Shown here: piece after piece, positions 22,441 through 41,362 of the stretch
Layout of the letters: every line of letters begins with the position of its first letter
Position numbering within the stretch: the stretch's first letter is position 1
From: Monocercomonoides exilis PA203
Lineage: Eukaryota > Protista > Preaxostyla
DNA length: 64,000 nt
NCBI GenBank assembly: GCA_001643675.2
Contig: LSRY02000014.1
Coordinates: 1,178,001 to 1,242,000, forward strand
Direction: 5' to 3'
Notes under the pieces: generated by a model
Seen by the model: only the letters and a program-made list of their open reading frames with translations
Databases searched by the model: none
What the model was told of the DNA's origin: nothing
Translations under genes and position numbers: made by a program

Positions 22441-23821
22441 ATGAAAAATAGTTTACAAGAAACTCTAACTTTTATGTACCCATCAGTGTATGGTCAAGGA
22501 AGCTGGCCACTATTCGTTATTGGAATTTTTTTTCTTTTAAGTTTTTTATCAACCGGATATCTGGTTGTAAAAGATTTTAAAACTAAAAACAAGTCCACTC
22601 AAGCATATAAAAGATTATACATAATTGTTGCTTCTTTATTCTTTATGATCAAATCCTTGCTATATTTTATTCCTTTTCCTTTTAATACTGTTTTCTATTC
22701 CTTGATTTGTTATCAACTTCCTCGCTATTTGCTTCTGGTACAATGGCAATTTATGGTTTTGTGGCTTGGTCCTATTTCCAGTGTTTCTTCAACCTTTGCA
22801 ACAACTCGCATCAGACCTCTTCCAATTTTTTTCCTCATTTTTGATATTGTTCTTTTTGTTGGATTGGTAATTGTTATCATTTTTCAACAAGTTTGAATTT
22901 ATAAAAGCGTTCGATATAATTTATTGTAGTTTCATTGTTATTGCTATTTTAGGACGTTACGAAAAGTAATGAGAAATTTGGACTTCCTAGCGATGTTATT
23001 GGGATAATCAATACAGCGGTTTTTGGAATAATTGTAGTAATTATTTCTATTTACTCTGCTACGCTTTTTAGAACAATAAGAGGATCACATTTAAACAAGA
23101 ATGTTCAATGGAGAATTAAACTATTATTAGTAATTTCTGTAATTTTTTCGTTATTTTATTTAGCCAGGGTTGTATTCAATATTTTTGATTTAACTAATAA
23201 AAATCGCATTACCGACTCTTGGCGCAAATATTTTAATCGTTGTCTTGAAAACGAAATTTCATGGTGAGTCATTCTGCTTTTTGATTGATAATTCACTTTT
23301 CTTTTTAATGCGACATGTTTAGTCAGAACTACTTTCTTCAGCATATAACTTTTTATGTCGTATTTGATTTATTACCTCCGCTTCTTCTTCTTGCCGTTTT
23401 CAATCTGACAACAATGACACCTAAAAAGCCTCGAAATCCACGAACTCAAAGGCTTGTTCCTGTTCAAACTTTGAAGCCGATTCTTTCTTCTGAAGAATTT
23501 CCCAATTCTGACAATAAATATAGCTTTCAAGAGCCTCGTCCCTATGAAACACATTCATTTCAAGGAGAATCATATAACTCCCAACACAATCTTATAAATC
23601 CAATGTTTTATGATGGTCAAACTCATCCAAGTTTATGTGAAGGAGTAACTGAAATTGAAGAATCTCTTCACACAATTGACTCAAACTTTTCTGAACAAAG
23701 TCAATCTTCATTCTTAGGCGAATCATCACAAAGTCAAATGTCCGTTTCCTCTGATGAAAACGCTCATAAAATGTTGAAAAAGAAGAAGAAAAAGAAAAAG
23801 AAGAAAAAGAAATTAAATTAA
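22441..23821 (+). CDS. Putative 7-TM protein (TOM1/THH1/GPR137-like topology), 3 exons, poly-Lys C-terminus
   Basis: Exons about 22441-22890, 22953-23263 and 23322-23821; about 7 hydrophobic helices; YQLPRYL and FDLLPPLLLL motifs. Family assignment is inference. Confidence 0.6.
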
Positions 23822-24169
23822 AAATTTATCTTCAGTTTCTGTTTTTTGTAATTCGATTTTTGGTTTTGTTTTTCTTGTAAAGCAAATTTCTCCATTTATG
23901 TTTTCCAATGTTATGTTTAGTCTTTATGTTTTGACAGTTATTTGCTTTATTCGCGATGTTTTCGGTTTTTAACATTCTTAATCGAACATTTTTTTATAAT
24001 TCATTAGTTTGTTTGAATTATGTTGTTTCATTTGAATTTTTCGAAAATAAAAGTCACTTTTTGTTTGATTGAAGTTTTTCTTCAGTGTTCATTTTTTATC
24101 AGAAGAAAAGATATTCAGAGAAATGCCATGGATATCTTTTCAAAAAGATAAACGAAACAAAGCAATAAT

Positions 24170-24650
24170 TTATGCTTGAGATTTGATGTGCTTTGCGATG
24201 AATTCATAGCTCTGGATATCTGTACCAACTTCCTTAATGACAACGCAAGAGCAGTTGACGATCTTACGGGGTTGTCCGTCTTTGTCAATCTGGCACAGTC
24301 CAGCCCATTGGCCAAGATCTTCTGCGCTTTCAACGCGAAGAATTGGAACGTTACGATGTGCGCACAATGTTTCAACAAGCTTCTTGTATGATTCTTCTTC
24401 GCAGGAATCAGCAAGAATGCAAAGAGCGGCCTCGTTACGATCAAGAGCCTTTGCACATTCACGCAATCCACGGAAGAGTTTTCCGTGAATTAACGAGCTC
24501 TTGAGCACATTTTGAATGGCTGTTGGAAGATCAAGAGCTTTTGGGGCTTCGTGTGCAATTGGGGTTGCTTCGACTGGTTGTCTGTTGTTAATTAAATTTT
24601 TATAAATAAAATAATTGTGTGAAACATTGTACAAACTCTTCAATATCCAT
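24170..24650 (-). CDS. RPS12: 40S ribosomal protein S12 (eS12), 2 exons
   Basis: VLKSSLIHGKLFRGLRECAKALDR..A.LCILADSCEEESYKKLVETLC...LGQWAGLCQIDKDGQPRKIVNCSCVV; 14-nt first exon ATGGATATTGAAGA. Confidence 0.97.
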
Positions 24651-25049
24651 GACTGGTCTCAAGTTGAGAAACTGTCCTCGACAAAATTCCCCAAGTTGTT
24701 ATTCAAGATCATTATTTTATTACTTCTGGGAATGCGATCATACAAAAAATGTTTGTTCATGTTAATAGATATTATTAAAATTAAATTGAAAAATAAATTC
24801 TCAATAATCTCTTTAAATAATTCAAATTTTTGATTTCAGAAAAATCATCAAAAAAAATTTAAAAACGATGTGGCGATATGACTCTTAAAGAAGGGAAAAG
24901 TTGAGATACATTCCATAAATTGGAATGTCCTGATGAAATGTGAAAGCATCATTTTTTACAGAGACAAAACACAAAACAAAACGAGAAGTGCAGAATTTAT
25001 TTACAAATGAGTATAGAATTTTTTTTTTGTTTTTTGTGAAATGAGATTT

Positions 25050-25895
25050 TTAATCATCTTCGTCTTCTTCCTCCTCCTCCTCGTCGTCAATAGCTGGGGG
25101 CGGCTGATCATCATCAAACGCAGATCTGCGCGCGCCATCATCTCCGCCGCTGCTATTCTGATTCCACTGCGGCCAATCATCATCTCCATCCTCATTGTTG
25201 TCCTCTTCCCCTCCAGACCCATCCATATCGTAATCTCCTTCTCTGTCTGCCCCGTCCTGCTCTTTCATTGCCGGAGCAACAATCGACTGAAACAGCACGT
25301 CCCAGCTCCACTCCGCAGGGGAGGCACAGCTGCCCAGCGGAAGCTGCGGAGGAGGAGCAGCCAGCAGAGCAGCATCGAGTCCATCGACCTCATACCGCTT
25401 CTCCTCCAAAAGGCGCGCAATGTGCAGTGTGTGTGCCAAATGATCAGCTGGTGGCGGCAGGCGCTCCACAGGCGGGGCAGGAAACGAAGGAGGAGGAGGC
25501 GGCTCGTCATCAACATTATCAACACCATCACCACCGCCACAAGGATCGTTCTGCTGCTGGATCTCTTCTTCTCTCTTCTTCTTCCACACCTCCAAGTCGC
25601 GTCTCCGCTGCTGCTCTGTCTGCAGCGCCTGGATGACAGCAGCAACCAGCCCTCCGCCGAGGAGCAGGCGCTGCTGGAGCGCTTTGCTGCGGCTGAGGAG
25701 GACGGTTTCGAAGAGCGTGTAGAGCTCAGAGAGAAGCAGAGTGTTTGAGGGGAAGTCGAAGAAGAGGCGGACGAGGGGGGTGAAGAGGGAAGAAGGGGTG
25801 GAAGAGGTGGCATCGGGGGGCGAGAGAAAGGCGTCGTCCAGCGCGGAGCCGTAGCCGCTTCGGAGGATGGTGGAGATGAGAACAACAACTGTGTT

Positions 25896-25944
<49 letters not shown>

Positions 25945-27951
25945 ATTATGTTAAAATGAATCGGATGAATGATAATAATAAAAATCAAAAAAATAAAAAA
26001 TATTTTTTATGAATTGAAAATTTGAGCAATGAACAAACAAAAAGTCAAGAAATATTTCGAAAAAATAGGTTAAAAAAAGGGGAAAAGGTAAAAAAAAAAT
26101 ATAACCATATAAGGCAAAACTCTTGCGAGTGACTGACACTACAAATAGAATGGTGTAAGCAAACCTTTCATCCGATAAGTGCCTATGCTTCGTCCGCCTC
26201 CTCGAAAAGAATGAGGAATAGGAAAGTGTGCAAGTGGTGTGAATGCTGTGGATGAGGAAGAGAAGGAAGAAGAGGAAGAAGAAGAAGATGATGATGATGA
26301 TGGAAATGAAGAAGGAGAAGGAGAAGACGAAGATGATTGTGAAGAAGAAGAAGAAGGTGCAGGAGAAGTAGAAGAAGAAGGAGCAGAAGTTGTGCATGTT
26401 GGTGGAGGAGGCGTGATTGGCGGAGGAGAAGGAGGCGGAAGCGGAGGTGGTGTCAAAGGCGGGGTTGGCAACGAATTCAGATTGGGACTTGTAAGAGAAC
26501 TCGAATTAGGATTAGAAATCGAACTTGCACTGGCATTTAAATCAGTGTTTGTGTTTGTGTTAGTATTATTGTTAGTATTACTATTAGTATTAACATCACC
26601 ATTCAAGCCCAGCCCTGCATTTGTGTATGACGGAGACGTCCAGTCGAACGAGAGGCAGCGCACAAGGGACGCCAGCGAAGACAGGATGTAGTGCACGATG
26701 AATGCTGGAGGGTCGAAGTCTGCCTGGATCGGGTTGATGGGCTGGCCGTCGGGATCGCTCGGGTTCTGCCGCGTGTTCCACACGATGTCCACAAGCAGCG
26801 ACACCGCCGCGGAGCATGTGCTCAGCGGAATGACAGCTAAACCCCCCTTTTCGCTGGAAGTTGAATCTTTCTGGTCATTTTCGTGTGAATTGTCCATTCG
26901 AGAACCCAGCAATGCCATCTCGAGAAGAAGATTCATTTCGTGGTCTGTCAGAATCTCGGTGAAGAGCAGATCCTGATGCTCTGGTATGTCGCAGAAACGA
27001 ATTATGATGTTGTTGAGTATCTGGCCTGTGTTTCCAGGAACCTTTGCAGAAAAAAAAAAGAAACAAAAAAATATATTTAATGTGATAATTTTATAAAATA
27101 TATGATTTCAAATATACTGTTGGTGATTTGCATTTCTTCATCTCGGAGAGAAGCAGATATACCATGTCGTATTTCTTCATCCACTGTTTTTATTTTCAAC
27201 AATAAAAATAACTTTGATTCAATACCAATATCAAATTACAAATCACACATTAATAAGCCCTTCTTTTTCACTATTATTCTCGACAATAACGATTAGGTCA
27301 AATAATAATTCGCAAAATGGAAAATTATCGAGATGATTAACGAGCATAGGAATTGTATTTCTTTCCTCCATTTTTTCAAGCAGCTGATGAATTGTTTCCA
27401 AAAAGAATGAAAATAAAAGTACGCAATTGTCATAATCTTCCAAAATATTTTATTCAAACCTCTGAACCGAATCGTGTTAAGAGCGAATGGAAGATACGGC
27501 AGACGTGATGAGCATAAACAGATTGAACAGGATTTTGATTTTCTAAAAAAGAAAAAAGAATTTCCAGGCATTCGGGCTCATATAACGCCTCTTGAATTCT
27601 TTGATCATCTTCAGACAAAATTTCTGTTACAAGATAAGGAAAGGAATATTGCTCCATTTCCGTTGGGCCTTTTTCGGGATTCTTCACCAAAAGATTGAGC
27701 ATCTGAACAACAATTTCGGGTGACGTAATACTACATAAAAAATATCAATCAGAAAAATAAAAAAATTAATCAAAATCAGGAACATCTCCTGAAATTTTAA
27801 TTTCAAACTAATCCATCAATTTTGGAGATTGTGATTTAACATCTTGTAAAATGTCCTCTGATTGAAGTATTTCTTCAAGCGATGCGCCTTGTGCAATTAA
27901 TTTTTCTGAAGTTGACTCTTGCACTTGAAGAAATCTCAGCCATGATGCCAT
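25050..27951 (-). CDS. SAPS / PP6 regulatory subunit (SIT4-associated protein family), multi-exon
   Basis: ASLEEILQSEDILQDVKSQSPKLMD..; YSFPYLVTEILS..; LFSFLE; FFDFPSNTLL; acidic tail. Internal exon boundaries are approximate. Confidence 0.82.
25899..25942. repeat. (GT)22 intronic microsatellite
   Basis: Read directly from the sequence. Confidence 0.95.
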
Positions 27952-28488
27952 TTTCTGATCGTATGCCCTTTTTAGCAAATAAAAGTCAAAAATCAAATAT
28001 TCAAAAATGCTGTAAATTTGATGGATAATATCATTCTCTATTAATAAAATCAAATTTCTCGGAGATTTGTTCCTTTTAACAAAAAGATTGTTGAAATGAT
28101 GAGAAATGAAAAAGAATTTCACCACAATAACAGATTAGAAATTTTGAATTTTTTATGAATTTGAATGATATTAATCATTTGCAATAAAAATTATTAAAAA
28201 GCAAAAGATTAAAATTGAGTTCAATCATCAAATCTAAATATTTTTTTTAATTCTCTTGATAAGACCGAAATTTTTGTAATTATTTCTATTTATTTTAAAA
28301 CTTTTCAAAAGACTCATAAACAAATTTCTATATTTTTAATGAAAGTGTTTCAATGCAATTTTCAAAATAACTATTTATAAGTCAGATCAATATAAGAAAT
28401 ACGTTCTTGACGGAACTGCTTTTTTTTTCAAATAATAGTTAGGCTGTATTTGAGCACATTCATTTTTTTCGTCAGGTAGAATTCCAAG

Positions 28489-30993
28489 ATGTCGCTTAAA
28501 TTACTTCTCGAGCAACGAGAAGAAATGATTGGGAATTATGTTGGGAACTTTATTGCACATCGCTTGAAGCAAGGAGTTTTGAAAAAAGAAGATGGTGGAA
28601 TATTCGGTACAAAACAACAAATGGTGTTTTTGCTCACGCAATTTTTAGTTTTTGCGAATGGAGAATCTCCAAGAGATAAAATTACTGATGTTGTTGTTTT
28701 AAAAGATGCATCTGTCACGCCATTGCAAGTTAAAGATATTAGTGGAAATGTTTTTCCATTAGAAATTACGAGTCCACATCATGGAACAAAAAAAAATCCC
28801 AATCCACCAGGTTCAATAAAGTTTATCGCACCAACTATTGATGATCGTTCTGAATGGCTTGAAGCATTAACGCAGGCCATTGAGCTTCAAAAAGTATGTC
28901 CATATATTTTTGAATCAATATTAACATTTTCAATTTTGCAACATGAAAAGGATTGTTATTCAAAACCTCTTTTTAAGGAAAAAACAAAGGAAAATGATCG
29001 TCCAACTTTTTCAAAAATTGGAGTGTCTTTTCAAAGACCTTCTTCAAATTCTCAAACTCCATCACCGTCACCTTCACCTCCACCTCAGGCTCTTGCAGGT
29101 AGTGCCTCGCAAATTGATGATCATCTTATCGAAACTACAAATATGCATGCTTCATCTTCTTCATCTTCACCTCATCCATCTCCACAGGTTTCTCGTGCAA
29201 ACGAAACTTCGACTTACGAACGAAAGTCGTACGACGCGCCTTCCTTTATGGCGGCTCAAAAGATTCAAGAGCCGCAACAGCATCAGCCTTTATCTGAGCC
29301 ACATGCTGTTCAAGTATCTCACGCACATCTTCAGAGTCAGCAGCAAGCGACTCAGCCAATACAAGATACTCAGCAAAGATCGCTTCTATCTTCTCCTCCA
29401 CAGGAAACACGAACTCAAAATCAAGCCCTTGCTCAAAACATGCAAGTTCTTTCACAACCATCACATTCAGATGGACTCTTCTCTCAACAATTGCCACCTC
29501 AGGCATCAGCCGCAGTCCCAAAGACTTTGCCACAGCCTTCTCAAGCTGCCTATGTTAGGCAAACTATTCCTTTGAATTCCACATTCCAAACATCTCCTGC
29601 TTATACTGCTGCAACTGCAGCTGAGTCTGCTTCTCATATTCAGCAACCTTATCAAAATCATCTTTCTGAAAACAAAGTCAACCTTTTCACTGCCCAGCCA
29701 TCTCATTCACAATTGGCGAGCAGCCCCCAGCCAGCACAAAAGCCGGTGCAGCAACCTGTGCAACAGTCAATTCAGGAATTACTTCCACCATTATCAACAG
29801 CAACTTCAGCATCAGCATCAATACCAGCATCACTTCCAGTTACAATATCAGCGTCAGCATCAGCATCAACAACATCATCAACATCCTCACTGGATCATCT
29901 GAACACATCCACATACCCCCTTCCATCCACACACTTTGAGAGTCTTTCGCCTCCTGCCTCTTCTTCCCATTCTCCATCTCACTCAAAACTCCAGTCAGAA
30001 CACTCCGTCCAGTTTGTGCAATCACCCAATCTGGGAGCCTCGCTGCAGTCTCAATTCACCCCTCCTTCGCCTCTCTCTTCTGCTGCCCCTGTTTCGCATC
30101 AAGCGCCTCACCAGCAGGCACAGCACCAGCAAAACAAGCAAAGCATCCTAAACACTCAAACACAACAAACACAACAAGCTCAGCAAAATCAGCAAAGTCA
30201 TCAAAGCCAGTTGCATCAGCAGCATCAACAGATTCAATCTTCTCCTCCACCCCACAAGGAATCAAAGCCAACCTCCAAACAGACTTCCTCAGCACAGCCA
30301 TCTGCTCTAACAGAGTCTTCCTCCTCTGTCTCTTCCACTTCCTCTGCCTCATCCCTCTCTTCTGTCTCCTCACTCTCTTCTCCGTCTGTTGTGCTGCCCG
30401 TGGCAGAAGGCAGTGCAGCGCCGATTATCATCCAGCTGCCGTCTGACCCGGCGCTTGTGGCGCAGATTATCTCGCAGCTGACGCGGCCAGCGGCGAAAAC
30501 GCAGCAGCAGAAGCAGAAGCAGAGCCAGAGCCAGGCAGATCCCGAAGACGAGTTTGACCCCATCACAGACGATGATGAGGAGGAGGAAGGAGAAGGAGGA
30601 GAAGGAGGGATTTTACCAGCACAGCTTGCTTTTCAGACAGCTGCCTCGGCGAATCTGTTTGAGAACGAAGAAGAAGAGGAAGAAAGAAAAACAGCTGCAA
30701 CGGGGACAGCAGGAGCAGCGTCTCGGGCTGGTTTGTTTGAGGACGAAGAGGCGGCGAATGCCTCTTCATCATCCGGCAGTGCATCAGAGCCTGCTGACTC
30801 TTTTCCTCCTCCGCCACTACCTTCTCTTCTGCTTGCAATGGCACAAGAAAAGGAGGCTGAAGAGCAAAAGAAAATTCTGGAAAAGCAGAAGGAGCAGCTT
30901 CTTTGGCAGGAAATTGAAGAAGAAGCTGAAAGAGCGAAGCTACAAAAGAAGAAGAAGAAGAAAGGTTCAAAAAAGAAGAAGCATCCAACATGA
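28489..30993 (+). CDS. PH-domain protein with a long Gln/Ser/Pro-rich tail and basic C-terminus
   Basis: LKQGVLKKEDGGIFG...FLVF...IKFIAPTIDDRSEWLEALTQAI is a PH signature. A short in-frame intron near 28894 is possible. Confidence 0.8.
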   Translation: MSLKLLLEQREEMIGNYVGNFIAHRLKQGVLKKEDGGIFGTKQQMVFLLTQFLVFANGESPRDKITDVVVLKDASVTPLQVKDISGNVFPLEITSPHHGTKKNPNPPGSIKFIAPTIDDRSEWLEALTQAIELQKVCPYIFESILTFSILQHEKDCYSKPLFKEKTKENDRPTFSKIGVSFQRPSSNSQTPSPSPSPPPQALAGSASQIDDHLIETTNMHASSSSSSPHPSPQVSRANETSTYERKSYDAPSFMAAQKIQEPQQHQPLSEPHAVQVSHAHLQSQQQATQPIQDTQQRSLLSSPPQETRTQNQALAQNMQVLSQPSHSDGLFSQQLPPQASAAVPKTLPQPSQAAYVRQTIPLNSTFQTSPAYTAATAAESASHIQQPYQNHLSENKVNLFTAQPSHSQLASSPQPAQKPVQQPVQQSIQELLPPLSTATSASASIPASLPVTISASASASTTSSTSSLDHLNTSTYPLPSTHFESLSPPASSSHSPSHSKLQSEHSVQFVQSPNLGASLQSQFTPPSPLSSAAPVSHQAPHQQAQHQQNKQSILNTQTQQTQQAQQNQQSHQSQLHQQHQQIQSSPPPHKESKPTSKQTSSAQPSALTESSSSVSSTSSASSLSSVSSLSSPSVVLPVAEGSAAPIIIQLPSDPALVAQIISQLTRPAAKTQQQKQKQSQSQADPEDEFDPITDDDEEEEGEGGEGGILPAQLAFQTAASANLFENEEEEEERKTAATGTAGAASRAGLFEDEEAANASSSSGSASEPADSFPPPPLPSLLLAMAQEKEAEEQKKILEKQKEQLLWQEIEEEAERAKLQKKKKKKGSKKKKHPT

Positions 30994-31384
30994 AAATCGA
31001 TAACTTCGTTCATTTGAGACTTTTATCTTGTTTAAGTTGTAGAATATTTTATTTTCTGTTTATTGTTCTGAAAAACGAGAGCTGTAACAAATTTTATCAA
31101 TGTTACCTAAAATTTTGAAATATGACTTGTTTTTTCCCGATGATAAATTAAAAAATGAAATTTTTAAACAGTTGAGGAATTAATGCTGACTATCTTCAAA
31201 TGAAGAAATGCAAATATTTAAATATATGAAAAATCAATAATCAGATAGAATATGTGCGGATTTTTAGCTGTTGCTCTGGAATTGTCCTTTATCAGTTTGT
31301 TGAATGGCAAATCCCGTTCAGAATTTTTTCAAGATCTCTTTTCCATTATTATCATAGTTTAACCTTTATTGTTGGATTTGAGAG

Positions 31385-32113
31385 ATGTTTATCTTTTTGC
31401 TTTTAAGTATTGTCAAGTGTTCAGAATTTACTGAACTGATGTCTAATCGTCAAACATGCCCCAAACAGAAGGGATCAGTTGGAGATTACAAAATGAATGT
31501 TCTCGCCAATTTCTGGATTGGAACGGCTTGTCTCAGAGATAAGCCTGGGTCTGGTGTTGGTCCAGTTCGTGGCACAAATGCCGTAACAATTCATGGTCTT
31601 TGGCCAGGAAACAATGCATCATCATGGCCAGAGTGCTGCAACAACTCATACCCATTTAAGCCAGCAGAAATCAGTGGAATTGCTGATCTTTCCAAGAATT
31701 GGGTCTCTACACAAGGCCCCGATAACTCATTCTACACACACGAATGGGAAAAGCACGGAACATGCGCAATGGATCTTTTCCATACCGAACGCGATTATTT
31801 CTCATCTGTTGTGAATCTTAACAAGCGTCTGAATATTGCTGGCATTTTCCGCGCTGCTGGAATTATTGCTGGAAATAGAACATATTCGAAAAATGATGTG
31901 AAAACAGCATTGAGACGTGGTCTTGGTCATGATGTTCTTCTGGAATGCGCTAAAGTCAATGGAATATCAATGCTGAACGCAATTTACACATGCATTGACC
32001 ATTCTCCATCACTTAATGTTCAAGAGTGCACATCGGATTATAAATCAAGATATGAGCCAAAATGTCCATCCTCGTTCATTTTGCCAGCAATTCCAGATTC
32101 TTGCTACAAGTAA
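31385..32113 (+). CDS. Ribonuclease T2 family, secreted/lysosomal
   Basis: Signal peptide; CAS I TIHGLWP; CAS II FYTHEWEKHGTC; conserved cysteines; intronless. Confidence 0.96.
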   Translation: MFIFLLLSIVKCSEFTELMSNRQTCPKQKGSVGDYKMNVLANFWIGTACLRDKPGSGVGPVRGTNAVTIHGLWPGNNASSWPECCNNSYPFKPAEISGIADLSKNWVSTQGPDNSFYTHEWEKHGTCAMDLFHTERDYFSSVVNLNKRLNIAGIFRAAGIIAGNRTYSKNDVKTALRRGLGHDVLLECAKVNGISMLNAIYTCIDHSPSLNVQECTSDYKSRYEPKCPSSFILPAIPDSCYK

Positions 32114-32924
32114 AAAGTAAATTTTTTATTTAATCAGAAAAATTGAGGGTATGTTATGTTATTACTCTCATTTTTCATATTTTAGATATACTGTTGAGTA
32201 TTTATCTTTGTATTTTTTTGCATTTTGTAAAAAATAAAAAAAAAAATCAAAGGAATAATACATTTGAAATTTTTAATTATTATTTCAGCAAACTTTTCTT
32301 TTATTTCTTTCACCTTACCACTTTTTTGAGTGTTTATGTAGCTGTTTAAAGTATTTTCTTCACGATCCTATTTGTTTTCCAACATATTTTTGGGTTGTAT
32401 TGATGTAGTCATTATGATTGAAAATAAAGAGTGTTTTTTCATTTTAAACAGCAACTTAATATTTTTTTTTTTTTTTTTTTTTGCTTGTTTGTGAATTAAT
32501 GATTTCGAAAGTGTACTTCATTATCACAAATTTAGGAGAGTTGAACAAAATAATTAATTTTCTCATTTTTGATATATGATCCATTTTTGCTCTTATTTAA
32601 GAATAAATTCATCTGAAGAGTCATCATTAAAGTTTTATCAGAGTTAAAAAGGTTTCAATTTTTAAACAACGATCAGAAAATATATGTACAACATATTCAC
32701 ATCCAAGCAAACTTACGGGGTAAAAAAAGGAGAATAAGAAGGGAAAAAATGGAGAAAAAGAAAGATTCTGTGAAAAGATGAGAGCTGCTAACATATTTTC
32801 TCTCTATTTATTTAAAGCTTCCTAAAAAAGATTATTATTTCCTAATAAACTCTGTTCCAAAAATACCCATTTTTAATTTTAATTTTTTGGGTTTCATTAA
32901 TTATTTTTGTTGAAAGGATTATTT

Positions 32925-34445
32925 ATGAATACCCAAAAAGATGAATCAAAAGATACAGATTTGTTTTTACCAGGAGATGATTGGCTAAGCATTGGAAGCA
33001 AGGAAGGACAAAATCAATTTTCTCAATCTTTTCCTTCTGCATCTCCTTTTAACATTCCAAGGTTAATATTCTCTCAGTTAAAAATGATATCATTATGTTT
33101 TAGACAAGAACCATTGATTATAGATAATTCTTCATCAAGCCAAACAACTTTATTATCAGTATATGCTTTTTTTCAATTTTTTTGTAAAACTTTAACTTAT
33201 TTCTTCAAATTTTTAGACTTTCAAAGATGAAATACAAGAAAATTCCTTTTGGACTCAAAATTTGGAGGGTACACAACAGTACAGTTATTTAAATGTGTGA
33301 CGCTGAAAATTTTCAATGTTCCGATAAAAAATTTTTAATTCAGTTGATAATGTCATTCATCGGGTGCGGATGTCTTGTGGGTCGCATGTGCTCTCCTGTC
33401 CGGAAATTAGATTGGAAGAGATATTTTTTGAGTTTTTCATTTTGGATATCAATAATTCAGGTTTGCTTCTTTATCAAATACGACAATTAACAATATTCAT
33501 TGTAGATTTTAACATACATCATATTGTTTTTTAAACGAGATAAAGGATGCTCAATTTTTTCCATTGATGACAAAACTCTTTTTAAATTTGGAGCTTTAAA
33601 TTACAAACATATAAAGTCAAAATTTTCTGTATGAAACGGTTTTTAGTTTTTAGAATTGACCATTCTTTTCTTTTTATAGATTTATCGATTCATAACAAGC
33701 ATTATCTTGCATAACAGCATTATACACCTTATTTTGAACATTCTTTTTCAGCACCGATTGCTATTAGTTAAAGAAGGCAAATGGGGAAAACTAAAGGTTG
33801 CATCATATTTTTTTTAGCATTTTTTAGCATATATATAATTTCCTTTTATAATCCTTTTATTAAAATTGCAAGACCGCCTGTCTATTTTTTGGTTCAGGGG
33901 CGTATGGATGCCTTGTATTCTGCGCAATAAATGCAGTGGCAAAAAGCAACAGCATTTCAGTTGCCAGCAGTTCTGCAATGTTTGGCATTTGCGGAGGGTG
34001 GATAATGAAGATGATAATTGAGAGGAAATCATTAAGTAAAGGACAAATGTTTGTTAGAAATCATAAACTTTTTAAGAATTTCAAATTTATTTCTTTTTTT
34101 ATTCTGCAAAAAAAATGCAAATAATTCAAACAGAATTGATTGCTGCTTGTCAATCGGGTTGTATGCAATTGGTGTGTTACTCTGCAGCCTTTTTGGGTGC
34201 CTTAGCTTCTTGCCTAATCTCGGAGGGATGATTGGAGGTTTTATTTCATGTTTATTAAGCTATTTCCCACTTATAGTAACAATTTTTTTTTACAACAATT
34301 TGTAACTCGAAATGTGTTATTATGTACAGGATGTTTAATTAGTGGAATATTTATGATTGATAACAGGCGAATTGTATCAATTTCAATAATTGCTCTTCTT
34401 TCACTGATCTTAATCCTTCTTGCAATGTTTATTTTCTCGCCGTGA
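32925..34445 (+). CDS. Rhomboid-family membrane protein, multi-exon, probably catalytically inactive
   Basis: LFKFGAL; IYRFITSIILHNSIIHLILNILFQ..KEGKWG; SVASSSAMFG; LPNLGGMIGGFIS. Confidence 0.8.
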
Positions 34446-34846
34446 AGAGGGAAAAGTCTTAAAATCAAACAATATTACCACTTTATTTGATTGTTATTGA
34501 GATTATATCAAGAAAAGTTGTTAAAAGTTCGGAGATAACCACTTTTTTTCACTTTTGAAACCCAAGTTTTTGTGTCTTTGTTGGATTTCGTTCGTTTTTT
34601 AATATTTATTTTTTTTTTTTTTTCGAAAAATTGAAGTGCTCAATAAAGTCATTTAAAGTCACAAGAAAGTGTAGAGTGAGGAAAAGAAAGAAAGAAAAAA
34701 GAAAAAAGAAAATCAAATTGAAATGCCTAACTGAAAGGAACATAAATTACTAGCGTGAACTGTGAAAATGACTCTACGGTGGTGTGGTGAATGAATGGGG
34801 TTGAGCGAAGTGATGATGTGAAACACACAAAAGTAAATTGATTCCT

Positions 34847-41091
<6,245 letters not shown>

Positions 41092-41362
41092 GAATAGAAG
41101 CAATTGCGCAACTATAAAACAAGAGCCAAAGGAATAAATGAAAAATATTTAATTTTCTGTACCATAACAAATGTTTGATATCTTTCTTTAGGAATTTCGA
41201 GTTGATTGCTTTCATAATTTTTCAATTTGACAAAAGAAATTTTATTGTTCAATCAAAAACAAAGCTTATGAAACGATAAAATTGCTTCTGTTCGTGTACG
41301 ATGGGAAATGATCAAGAATAAATCTTCATTCTAGAAGAATAATTATCTAAAAGCGAAATGAA

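Noticed and set aside
24908-24950. Hairpin ACATTCCA/TGGAATGT followed by CTGATGA..GAAA, resembling a hammerhead ribozyme
   Set aside because: No usable stem II, no stem III complement and no correctly placed NUH cleavage triplet.
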